From Takakia lepidozioides (taxonomy: Eukaryota > Plantae > Bryophyta), in the NCBI GenBank assembly GCA_030704615.1, contig CM060733.1:11160001-11224000 (forward strand): a stretch of 64,000 nucleotides of DNA. The letters run 5' to 3'. The position numbers and the translations under genes were made by a program. Numbering within the stretch: the first letter of the stretch is position 1; each line of letters begins with the position of its first letter. Below, in pieces: positions 23,685 to 34,406 of the stretch. The notes below the pieces were generated by a model that worked only from the letters and a program-made list of their open reading frames with translations, did not search any database and was not told where the DNA came from.

Positions 23685-26107
23685 CTTTTGTAATGTAGCA
23701 TGGAAGTCACTTGGTGTGACTTGTGCGAGGGTTGCTTGTACAGCAGGAATTGGAGGAGGTAGAGGGGACTGATACCCCAGAGCTACGAGGTCCTCATTCC
23801 ATCTAGGGTCTCCTTTGGTGACCTTCTGTCAAAGTCCCCCCGAAAAAACTTGTCAGTGCATCATAATGAGAAGGTGAAAAGGAGATGGGTAGATGATGTG
23901 TACAAATACCACTAAGTACATTGGTCAAATAAAGAGAGAGAAGATATACATGTCATGTCAAGACATGGACAAGACCACTAAAGTCATTGTCATTGAAAGA
24001 CAAAGCAACCCTTTACAAGGCATCATCTAACAACCCCTTTTACCAACTCATTTGAACATCTTATAACTTTTCAGGGTATCTGAAAAAACAGGGTGGGAGG
24101 GCGGGATTCCTGGTCATTCATATCCTGAAAGCCCTATAAGTTGACATAAAGCATTCATTTTTTGTTGTTGACATGGGTCAAGCCTTACATAATCTAGTTC
24201 TTGAGCCATTCATCTTCCTAAAACAACATCCTGTGTAGGCGTGAAACTGATCTGTCAGTGCCAAGACACATGCAAGATTCATAAAGTAGAAGCGGGGCTA
24301 AGTTTTTATCAAGTATATGTAAGCCTGGATAATCATTCCAGGACTTCAAGATCAAAACTCTGCCATAGTATAAGGTAGGAAGCGCACAGCATCTACCAGC
24401 AAGCAGTTCTTGAAAACCAAAATACTGATGGGGTCAGGTCTGAAGGTGCTTCAGTGCCAAGTCATAAGCCAGATTTCTAACAAAACAAAACATAGGGCTG
24501 AGTACCCTTAAGTAGATATGGGCCTGAAGTGGTATTCCAGGGCCTCATAACAAGCTCTGCTAGTTAAAGAAATGAACTCAAAAACCATTGTCCCCTATCA
24601 TGCAATGAAATAGTGGTGATATAAGAGCCTTGAAGAATGTTTGTTATCACAAGGTCTATCTTCTGATCCATCAGAGCCAGGCCATGGTGTTTCATTTCAG
24701 AGCTTAGTTTCCATGCTGCCAGAGCTATAGTCGCAGCCATGTACCTTTGTTAAAAACATCCAGAGCTTTCAACAGAGATTTTGTTTTCTATGAAGTCCCT
24801 TGTGTGTCTTAACTCCAAAATGTATAAAAGTGGTTATCAAGAACCAAAAACAGGGATAAGGAGTAAGAAGGTGATCCTCATTAGAGCAGACTTGAAGCCG
24901 ATTTGAGGCAGCAAGATGGCAGATTTGAAACAACAGTTGGTATCAGCAGCTTCAGGCGGTAGCAGCAATCCCTTATGCATGAATCAGACTCTGCAAGCTT
25001 CAATAATTCAAGACAAGTGAAGACCCTCACCTGTGCCCGTCCCAAAAACCACCACATAGAGATGTGTGTTAGTGAGGATGCATCAGGTGAGTGGCAGGTT
25101 TTCACAGTTGCTATCCATGTCAGTGTTGAATTCCAAAGCATGTACAAATCGTAATCCAAGCAAGGGTACACTCAAAAGAAACCTTGAGCGTTTGCGGTAT
25201 GCCCTGCGCCATGGCGTCCAGTAGATGTCTCCAGCAGAACGCAATCAAAGTAGATAGAGATCAGCTCATACAGAAAGAGAGCAACATGTAATCTGTGGCT
25301 AAGTAGGGGTGGAGTACTTCCCAACGAGGAGTAAGAGCGCCGCTGCGAATTTAACAGAATCATAAATTTCTGAGCAGAGCGATCACTGCAATGTCGACTG
25401 CCAGAGAAGAATCTGTCTATCTGCCATTGCGCATCCCAAAAGCCAGCCATCACGAGTACCATGTAGCCGCAAGGGAGCAGGTTTACACGGCGCATCATCA
25501 AGGATCATAGAAGCACGAGTTCAGTGCTGTGAAATATGTCGGCCCGTTTAGGGCATATCTTCCCGATTTTTCATCCAGGGTGGATGAAAAATCACATTTT
25601 TAAGAGATGCACTTTGTTAATGGATGATATCCCATAAAAAGGTATCTTAGGGTTACGGTATAGGCTTAGGTTTAGTAACTGCCATCATTAATGATGGTAC
25701 ATATTACTACCTCTTGGATTTTTAGAATAGGTCACCAGTATTCATGTATTTCATCCAGTTTAGATGAAAGAAGCAAATAGTAAATATCAGGGCCAAATGA
25801 AATCCAAAAAGTTATAGAGGGAGAGGGAGAGAGGGAGAGAGAGGGACCCACCAGCCAATCCCCTGGCATGGCATAACCTTACGGAATGAGTGTGGTATGC
25901 ACTCACCCCGTAAGGGAGTGCATACCAGACCTCTTCTCATAAGGTTTCCCTCTTCCATGTAGTTCTATCATCGGATTATATTATCCAAGGGAGTAGAATC
26001 CTACATCCTCATTTCCTCGGCTCATGAATGAAACATTAGTATAAAAATGTGACATAGCAAAACTAGTATAGTATTACTAGCAAAGAACATAGAGTTCAAT
26101 GGTATAC

Positions 26108-28330
26108 TTAGCTCTGGATAGGTTTTTGGAAAATACCTTTCAGTTTCTCAATAAGCTCATGTACAGGGAAGAACAAGCCAGGGAATGAGCCTTGTTCAAG
26201 GAACCTTGTCAAGATACGAGCAAGTTTCCTGGTCTTAAAACCATTCCTCCCAAGAGTGTTAATCAGAATGCTGCATTCCTTCCAAGCCAAAACAGCATTG
26301 CTGGAAATGTATAGAATAGGCACAGCTTGTGAAATCACAATGTTGTAGGATTGATTCACAGGCCTATTGGATAAGAACTGGATATATTGAGTGTAAGAGA
26401 AAGGAAGTAGTCTTCTCTTGTCATATTTCTGGAAATAGAACTCACCTGTGTCACTGTTTGAGACTGTAATCTGGATATTCATGAAACAAGCTTCCAACCC
26501 CACGTATTGGGAATCGGTTTTGGTACGTAGTAGCTCAGGTTTGATCTCCACTACATTGAGTGGGTAGATCCACCAAGGGTTGTTGCTGCTTCTGTCTGCC
26601 TTTGGGTCCAGGAACAGCATTGCATCACCCACATTCAGCCAGCATATATCATCAATGTATCTGAAGGCAGATTTAAACAAAGGCATGAGCTGGAATTGTC
26701 CCAAAGCTGCAAGCCTTAAGATGAATTTGATCTCGTAAGAAAGGAAGTACATGTTGCACCATAATGGTGAGCATGAAAAACCCATAGGTATTCCAGAAAT
26801 CTGCTGCCACACACGGTCCCCTAAGGCAACAAAACAGTGTGACATAAGCCATTTGTGGAGCATAAGTAACTTGGCTTCAGAAAGCTCAATCCAAGTACCT
26901 GATTTCGGGGAGGACGTGCCCCACCTACTTTTCCGGAAAGTACCGTTTTTGGCTGGAATCCATAGAGTATGACGTGCCCGGGGGTGAGACATATGGTGTT
27001 GCTGGAATGCAATCTTCACCACGTATTCAATGGCGTCCCCTAGGTTATCCTGACCTGTCAAAGGTATGTTCTCATAGCATTGTGTAATGTCAGCCACAAA
27101 GATGTTATGGACTTTTGCAGGCAGGTTTAGTGTAAAGTCAGTGATGGAATCAATAATCCAATACATAGCAGTAGATACTTTGAAAAATGGCTCATAAGTA
27201 TCCAGCCTTGTTTTGGTCCATTCTTTTACCAATGGTAGAAGATCCATGGTAGCTCTTGTAAGGAGGCTAGCTAGTTCACTGAAAACACATTTGTGGGCAT
27301 TGGTAATCCATCTGTATTTTTTCTTATGTAGCTTGTAGATTCCCATAATGTAAGGTAGTCTACAGGAGGGAACAGGTATCTCCGGAATCAAACTCTGTAT
27401 TTCCACGGAAATGTTTCCTAGAACAAGGTCAGGTGGCAGCCATACCTCATCTTGCTTGCATGGTGTAAAGTCTTTACCCATCAATCTGTGGAATGCTTGG
27501 ATTCTTACGTGCTTCACACACATAAAACATACATTGTTGTTAGCCTTGTCAAGACCAGAGAAATACAGGTGATTGAGAAGCCATGAAAGTTCGTCTTTTG
27601 CCTCTTTTACAGTAAGAGGATTGCGCTCATGGTGAGTGAAGTCATACCTTCTTCTGCCGGCTTTTTGTTTCAGTCTATCCCAGCATGTGTTTTTTACCCA
27701 TTGGTTGCAGGTTGCAGCCCAAGATTCACATGGGTCTATATGCAAAATTTCACAGGTTCTGTGGAAAGCCAAAGACACTTGTTCAACAACGTCTTTTAGT
27801 AAAGTACGTTTGAGAGGGATGTGATTCATACCTAGGCTGAATAATTCTTTCAGCTTTGCGTGTTTAATAATGTTCAGGTCCATGGTACGTACGTGTTGCG
27901 TAGGTGTAGAACCAGACAGATGGAATTCTGATTTTGTATCCACATCCCGAAAATCATGAAACCTCTTGGCACTGTCACATAGACAATCTGGTGAGTGAAT
28001 CAAGTCTTGCATAAAGCAAAAATCACGGAAAACAACAGCAGGCTGATAGTATTCAGAACTGCTTTGTTTATGATATGTCCATCCAAAAACTATCTCATCG
28101 ATGAGAATAGCTAAGTCATTTTGCCCAAATTCCAGAAAGGCTTCTTTTATCAGGTTCTTAGGGTGTATCCACTCCATACCACGGTTTGGGTATAACATAT
28201 GAATGAATCCCAAAGGAGCAGGTTTTGCTGCCTGTTTTATGAATTTCCTGCCATGGGCATGAGTTTCAATTTGTTTGCAACCATCCTCAAAGACATATAA
28301 CGCATCTGCACATACAGAGTAGAGGAACAT
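26108..28330 (-). CDS. Penelope-like reverse transcriptase (Naiad/Chlamys-type motifs), 740 aa
   Basis: CLC...HVRTMDLNII..LKELFSLG, LDKANNN, KLHK..YRWI, ADITQCYENIP, QISGIPMGFSCSP, FRYIDDI, YDKRRLLPF. No GIY-YIG motif seen at either end. Confidence 0.9.
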   Translation of the reverse strand: MFLYSVCADALYVFEDGCKQIETHAHGRKFIKQAAKPAPLGFIHMLYPNRGMEWIHPKNLIKEAFLEFGQNDLAILIDEIVFGWTYHKQSSSEYYQPAVVFRDFCFMQDLIHSPDCLCDSAKRFHDFRDVDTKSEFHLSGSTPTQHVRTMDLNIIKHAKLKELFSLGMNHIPLKRTLLKDVVEQVSLAFHRTCEILHIDPCESWAATCNQWVKNTCWDRLKQKAGRRRYDFTHHERNPLTVKEAKDELSWLLNHLYFSGLDKANNNVCFMCVKHVRIQAFHRLMGKDFTPCKQDEVWLPPDLVLGNISVEIQSLIPEIPVPSCRLPYIMGIYKLHKKKYRWITNAHKCVFSELASLLTRATMDLLPLVKEWTKTRLDTYEPFFKVSTAMYWIIDSITDFTLNLPAKVHNIFVADITQCYENIPLTGQDNLGDAIEYVVKIAFQQHHMSHPRARHTLWIPAKNGTFRKSRWGTSSPKSGTWIELSEAKLLMLHKWLMSHCFVALGDRVWQQISGIPMGFSCSPLWCNMYFLSYEIKFILRLAALGQFQLMPLFKSAFRYIDDICWLNVGDAMLFLDPKADRSSNNPWWIYPLNVVEIKPELLRTKTDSQYVGLEACFMNIQITVSNSDTGEFYFQKYDKRRLLPFSYTQYIQFLSNRPVNQSYNIVISQAVPILYISSNAVLAWKECSILINTLGRNGFKTRKLARILTRFLEQGSFPGLFFPVHELIEKLKGIFQKPIQS

Positions 28331-28347
28331 ACCAAAAAATGAGATTT

Positions 28348-29826
28348 TTACAGATCATTCCAAGATCCAAAGTCTCGTTTGTGTATTGGGGAGAACTCGT
28401 CAGTGATACGACGAGTCTTGTATGACTCCTGGCTGGCGATGTTGATGGTGGTACTGGAATTAGCACCCGAACCCCCAGTTGAGGACCGATTCGTTGCTCT
28501 TGAATTCTCAGAGGTGTTGGTAGAGTAATGTCCCCTGCCAGAGCGTCCTCCTCTTTGGTAGAGACCTCTTCCACGACCAGGGGTACCTCTTCCCCGGGCA
28601 GTGCTGCTCTTGCCTTGTTGAGGAGGCATCTGCCCCTCCATACGCTGCCGTTTGTAGCTATTGAATTGTGGCCTGGGAAGGCTGTCTGAAAAAGACCCAG
28701 GTTTCACGAGTTTCTCAATGTATCTGGCCCCCTTGGATTCTCCTAACTTCGCAAGCAGCTTGGCTTGTGGGTCATTTGAGAATTCACAGGCTGCTTCCAT
28801 TATGAACCCTCGGGTCATCTGGAAAGTAATTTGTGCCAGTACAGCAGATCTGGCAGCCCGCATGATCCATACCAGAAAATTGTAATACTTGGTTTGCACC
28901 GAAGGATAGGTATCATCAGGGAAGAACACAATCAGATTGTTCAGCATATACCAAACCATATGGTCAAACCAAGCAACACTCCCAATGCAAGAAGAAGGTG
29001 CCCCTCCTTGTCCACAGTTGCATCTTATGTAGGGACGATGCCAATTGAAGAGTTGACTCTTATGGTTCTTGGATCTGGCTGATCCAGTCGGCAAATCATT
29101 TTTGGTCCTCAAGGTAAGGTTCTCACCTTTGTCACAGAGCTTGTAGTAGAAGGTCCTTAGTGGCCACGCCACGGCAATAGGTTCCTTTTTTATTCTCTGA
29201 AGACCCTCCTTAGCATCCTGTGCACATCTACTGCGTTCAGCAGGAGTTATGTTGCCCCATTTGACCCACATTTCAATGGAAATGGGTGCCAATAGGTTGA
29301 TATTAGCATGTGGATGCCACATCATATGATCGTTATTGGCAACCTCTAATTCAACTGCACGGGGAGGCAACCAAGGGACAAATTGCAGATTTCCAGGAGT
29401 GGCACCTGCTGCTCTTTCTTGTTCCACTTGTGAGAGTTCTACTTGTTCACAGAATTCTCTCACTGCCTCTTTTTCTTCATCCGGTAAAATCATGTGCCCA
29501 AGGATTGGGTGATTACTTACAGAAGGGATGAAGTCTTTTTCAGAGGTGTTTGCAGATTTCTGCGTGGAGACAGTCTGGTCATCTTCCGGGTTCGCCATTC
29601 TAAGAGCAGCCTCAATGGCTGATCCCTTCTTTTCCCATTGTATCAGCTCCTCGGCATCATCTTCCAGTACCTCAATCATTTTAGTATTGAACTCCTGGAG
29701 CTTCTCCAGGTACCTGCCATTCTTATTTGCCATGATGCCAAGTGCAACCCAATTTTCCAAAGCCAAAGTCTCAAGTAGTAATACGGGATTTTCATCACCT
29801 GAATTTTCCAAGGCCTCAGTGTCCAT
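28348..29826 (-). CDS. PLE ORF1, 492 aa, unknown function (copy 2); probably extends 5' to a splice acceptor near 29968
   Basis: Intact ORF with a coiled-coil-like acidic N-terminus, a central H..CNC..C..H cluster and a C-terminal RGRG/RGG tract. It ends 17 nt before the RT ATG. Confidence 0.8.
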   Translation of the reverse strand: MDTEALENSGDENPVLLLETLALENWVALGIMANKNGRYLEKLQEFNTKMIEVLEDDAEELIQWEKKGSAIEAALRMANPEDDQTVSTQKSANTSEKDFIPSVSNHPILGHMILPDEEKEAVREFCEQVELSQVEQERAAGATPGNLQFVPWLPPRAVELEVANNDHMMWHPHANINLLAPISIEMWVKWGNITPAERSRCAQDAKEGLQRIKKEPIAVAWPLRTFYYKLCDKGENLTLRTKNDLPTGSARSKNHKSQLFNWHRPYIRCNCGQGGAPSSCIGSVAWFDHMVWYMLNNLIVFFPDDTYPSVQTKYYNFLVWIMRAARSAVLAQITFQMTRGFIMEAACEFSNDPQAKLLAKLGESKGARYIEKLVKPGSFSDSLPRPQFNSYKRQRMEGQMPPQQGKSSTARGRGTPGRGRGLYQRGGRSGRGHYSTNTSENSRATNRSSTGGSGANSSTTINIASQESYKTRRITDEFSPIHKRDFGSWNDL

Positions 29827-32031
29827 CTTTTGTAATGTAGCATGGAAGTCACTTGGTGTGACTTGTGCGAGGGTTGCTTGTACAGCAGGAATTGGAGGAG
29901 GTAGAGGGGACTGATACCCCAGAGCTACGAGGTCCTCATTCCATCTAGGGTCTCCTTTGGTGACCTTCTGTCAAAGTCCCCCCGAAAAAACTTGTCAGTG
30001 CATCATAATGAGAAGGTGAAAAGGAGATGGGTAGATGATGTGTACAAATACCACTAAGTACATTGGTCAAATAAAGAGAGAGAAGATATACATGTCATGT
30101 CAAGACATGGACAAGACCACTAAAGTCATTGTCATTGAAAGACAAAGCAACCCTTTACAGGCATCATCTAACAACCCCTTTTACCAACTCATTTGAACAT
30201 CTTATAACTTTTCAGGGTATCTGAAAAAACAGGGTGGGAGGGCGGGATTCCTGGTCATTCATATCCTGAAAGCCCTATAAGTTGACATAAAGCATTCATT
30301 TTTTGTTGTTGACATGGGTCAAGCCTTACATAATCTAGTTCTTGAGCCATTCATCTTCCTAAAACAACATCCTGTGTAGGCGTGAAACTGATCTGTCAGT
30401 GCCAAGACACATGCAAGATTCATAAAGTAGAAGCGGGGCTAAGTTTTTATCAAGTATATGTAAGCCTGGATAATCATTCCAGGACTTCAAGATCAAAACT
30501 TTGCCATAGTATAAGGTAGGAAGCGCACAGCATCTACCAGCAAGCAGTTCTTGAAAACCAAAATACTGATGGGGTCAGGTCTGAAGGTGCTTCAGTGCCA
30601 AGTCATAAGCCAGATTTCTAACAAAACAAAACATAGGGCTGAGTACCCTTAAGTAGATATGGGCCTGAAGTGGTATTCCAGGGCCTCATAACAAGCTCTG
30701 CTAGTTAAAGAAATGAACTCAGAAACCATTGTCCCCTATCATGCAATGAAATAGTGGTGATATAAGAGCCTTGAAGAATGTTTGTTATCACAAGGTCTAT
30801 CTTCTGATCCATCAGAGCCAGGCCATGGTGTTTCATTTCAGAGCTTAGTTTCCATGCTGCCAGAGCTATAGTCGCAGCCATGTACCTTTGTTAAAAACAT
30901 CCAGAGCTTTCAACAGAGATTTTGTTTTCTATGAAGTCCCTTGTGTGTCTTAACTCCAAAATGTATAAAAGTGGTTATCAAGAACCAAAAACAGGGATAA
31001 GGAGTAAGAAGGTGATCCTCATTAGAGCAGACTTGAAGCCGATTTGAGGCAGCAAGATGGCAGATTTGAAACAACAGTTGGTATCAGCAGCTTCAGGCGG
31101 TAGCAGCAATCCCTTATGCATGAATCAGACTCTGCAAGCTTCAATAATTCAAGACAAGTGAAGACCCTCACCTGTGCCCGTCCCAAAAACCACCACATAG
31201 AGATGTGTGTTAGTGAGGATGCATCAGGTGAGTGGCAGGTTTTCACAGTTGCTATCCATGTCAGTGTTGAATTCCAAAGCATGTACAAATCGTAATCCAA
31301 GCAAGGGTACACTCAAAAGAAACCTTGAGCGTTTGCGGTATGCCCTGCGCCATGGCGTCCAGTAGATGTCTCCAGCAGAACGCAATCAAAGTAGATAGAG
31401 ATCAGCTCATACAGAAAGAGAGCAACATGTAATCTGTGGCTAAGTAGGGGTGGAGTACTTCCCAACGAGGAGTAAGAGCGCCGCTGCGAATTTAACAGAA
31501 TCATAAATTTCTGAGCAGAGCGATCACTGCAATGTCGACTGCCAGAGAAGAATCTGTCTATCTGCCATTGCGCATCCCAAAAGCCAGCCATCACGAGTAC
31601 CATGTAGCCGCAAGGGAGCAGGTTTACACGGCGCATCATCAAGGATCATAGAAGCACGAGTTCAGTGCTGTGAAATATGTCGGCCCGTTTAGGGCATATC
31701 TTCCCGATTTTTCATCCAGGGTGGATGAAAAATCACATTTTTAAGAGATGCACTTTGTTAATGGATGATATCCCATAAAAAGGTATCTTAGGGTTACGGT
31801 ATAGGCTTAGGTTTAGTAACTGCCATCATTAATGATGGTACATATTACTACCTCTTGGATTTTTAGAATAGGTCACCAGTATTCATGTATTTCATCCAGT
31901 TTAGATGAAAGAAGCAAATAGTAAATATCAGGGCCAAATGAAATCCAAAAAGTTATAGAGGGAGAGGGAGAGAGGGAGAGAGAGGGAGTGAGTGAGAGGG
32001 AGAAATCAGGAAACAAAAATAAAAAGAGGAA

Positions 32032-32087
32032 GGGGGGGGGGGGGTGACTGAGTAGCAACTGCTCAGTCACTCCCCCCCCCCCCCCCC
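32032..32087. repeat. Palindromic junction G-tract-GTGACTGAG-(9 nt)-CTCAGTCAC-T-C-tract
   Basis: Perfect 9-bp inverted repeat at 32044-32052 and 32062-32070, extended by poly-G/poly-C and by GA-rich/CT-rich flanks. Confidence 0.9.
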
Positions 32088-34406
32088 ACCTTTTTGTTTT
32101 TTCTTTGTTGCCTCCTCTCTCCCTCTGTCTCCCTCTCTACTGGGAATTGGCAGTTTGCTATCAGTGTGGATTTTTTGTTCCTCTATCAGGTTTTTTCATC
32201 CATACCGGATGAGCCACCAGGATGGACACTGAATTACCTCTAGGATGGTTCTTTTGGCCTTTTCATTCCTCCTCTATTGACTCTCATCCATACCGGATGA
32301 GTCATCATGGCAGAAAAGAATTACCTCTATGGAGGTTGCCAACAACATCCTGTTTTTCCATCCGTACCGGATGAAAAACTACCAGGGTGATAATTTTTCA
32401 TTCCTCTTTTATTGACTCTTGTTATCCATATCGGATGGTCTGGAAAGGAATGATAGAATTACCTAGATGGAGGTAAGGCGCTGCCACGGATGATATTCCC
32501 TACTTTTTCATCCTGACACATGTGAGCTGTCTATGGGTGATGTGATTATGACCTGGAATTGATCTTTACTACCCCTAATTATGATTAATTACGGTGGAAA
32601 CCCTAACCCCTACCCCAAAACCTATTTTTAACCTTGCTACGGATGAAATCCGTCAGGGTTTATGGACTCGTCCTACCATTTTTCATCCGCGAATGAATAA
32701 TCGGGGGACAACCCTATGTCGTCTCTCTCGCTATCAGAAGCACGCGATGTGCTTCTGAGCTCGCGAGGAGAATGTTCTGGCGGGCGTGCTTCGGTGGCTG
32801 CCCCGTTTGTGGTGTCGTACCCATGCTGGACGAGCACCTGGGGGGACGCAAAGGCGGCGCCTTGTCTCTCTTGCAGCAGGAAACACCGCTATGACAGCAG
32901 TGGCATCTTCCCTCCTCTGGTTTTTTCTGTGCTTAGCAAGGATGCTTATGATCTTTTTTAGTGCCTTGCGTTTGTGCCTGCTTTCCTTCATTGCTTATGT
33001 GCTTTGTGGAGGCGGCTTGCTGCGGGTGGTGATGGCGCATAACCCTCTTCCCCAATCGCTTAAGGTGCCTTTGGAGTTTAGGGATTCTCATGTTCTTATC
33101 TCTTTCTCTTGCTTTTGAGTTTCTTAGTTGACATCGATGATAAGTATGAGGGTCTGTGATTCACCTGGGGTTCCACAATCCTCACTAACCTGTTGGTTTT
33201 TGTGGGGGCTTGTGATGGGACCAGGTGAGGACCTCACCTACTTTGAACTTTCTTGAGCATGCAGATTGGGATATGGGCTGAGGAGACCTATGGGTTTGTG
33301 CACTGTGAGGTGGCTGCTGCCTGCAGCCCCGATTTCAACCCAACTGCCCCTGGCTTGACATGCTACAGCCTGCGTTTTGGCCTTTGTCGTTCTGCCACCG
33401 ATGCGCAGCTCGGCCTGACTGGCCTGTTTCCTGATGCTTGCATACAAACCATACCCTACCTTTTGATCTTTGACAGCAAAGCCTGTGGATTATTAAGCTA
33501 GGTTGTAAGTTCTTTTGGCCAAAGAGGATCTGGTTTTTGGTGGTATGTTTTTGGCGGTTTTGGGTGACTATGGACCAGGGGGCCTTGAAGTTTATGGCGG
33601 CAGCTTGGTAGGGTACTGCCCTGCTCCTTTTCAGGCCTGCTTCTGATGTGTACTGGATCATAGTAAGGTGTTCTTTGCACGTCTTAGCATGGAACTCTTG
33701 TAGGATGAGGATGGTGAGCTACAATGGGATCCTACCTATAGTTTTGGCTCTGTCATGACATCAGGCCTATGACCTGCAATCTGGTTTTTTATATACAAAA
33801 GAGGCTGGATCTCGACTGTTCATGCTGCTTGTTTGTACAAGTCTTGAACCTACAATTTGACAAGCTGCATTCACATTCCCTTGATACCTTGTATGATCAC
33901 ATGTCTCGGGGTGAATACAAATGATATGGAATCTATTTCATCTTGCTCAAGTTGGACTGCTTGGTGGCATACTGAGATTCTGACAAACTGCAGGCTGGTC
34001 CTTATGCCTTGGCTGATGCATGACCTGCCATAATTAATGGCTGAAATGGTAGGCTGCTAGTATGTGTACAGGCTGAACCAAGAGGCCTTGCAGCCTGCAC
34101 AGGGACACCAATATCTTATCTTGTCCCACACATGAACACATGATTCATTGGCCAAGATGGCCGGATCTCGGGTGTTCAAGATGCTTGCATCCCCTACATG
34201 AACAAACCCCGCCCTCCCACCATGTTTTATCATGACTGATTGGATGATGTCAATTCATGGGAAGCTATGACAAGAATGGAAATGTTAGATGGTGCCCTGT
34301 TTTGGGTTGTTTATGTCTTTAATTGACAATGACCCTAGTGGGTCTTGTCCATGTCTTGACATGACATGAATATCTTCCCTCTCCCTCTCTCTTTTTAACT
34401 TTTTCT

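Larger units (their letters stand above)
21648..25846 (-). mobile_element. Penelope-like element copy 1 (leader, ORF1 and the first ~180 codons of RT; 3'-truncated)
   Basis: Near-identical direct repeat of 27790-31987 (offset 6142/6141; only about three differences noticed). Confidence 0.92.
25847..32057 (-). mobile_element. Penelope-like element copy 2, apparently full length, no recognisable endonuclease
   Basis: Leader ~29970-32057, ORF1, intact RT ORF and a 260-nt 3' UTR abutting copy 1. Confidence 0.88.

Noticed and set aside
25944-25975. CCGATGA...GAAA hammerhead-like core in the PLE 3' UTR
   Set aside because: No stem II pairing between the two core halves.
28375-28406. Hammerhead-like CTGACGA...GAGAC on the minus strand near the end of ORF1
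   Set aside because: GAAA core is absent, stems I and III cannot be formed, and it lies in coding sequence.
31022-31642. Short ORFs (96 and 109 aa) in the PLE leader as real genes
   Set aside because: No recognisable motifs, and the frames are not conserved in the diverged inverted copy.
21648-31987. Reading the 4.2-kb direct repeats as giant LTRs or a DIRS element
   Set aside because: No TG..CA ends, PBS/PPT, integrase, RNase H or tyrosine recombinase. The repeat includes coding sequence and the RT is PLE-type.
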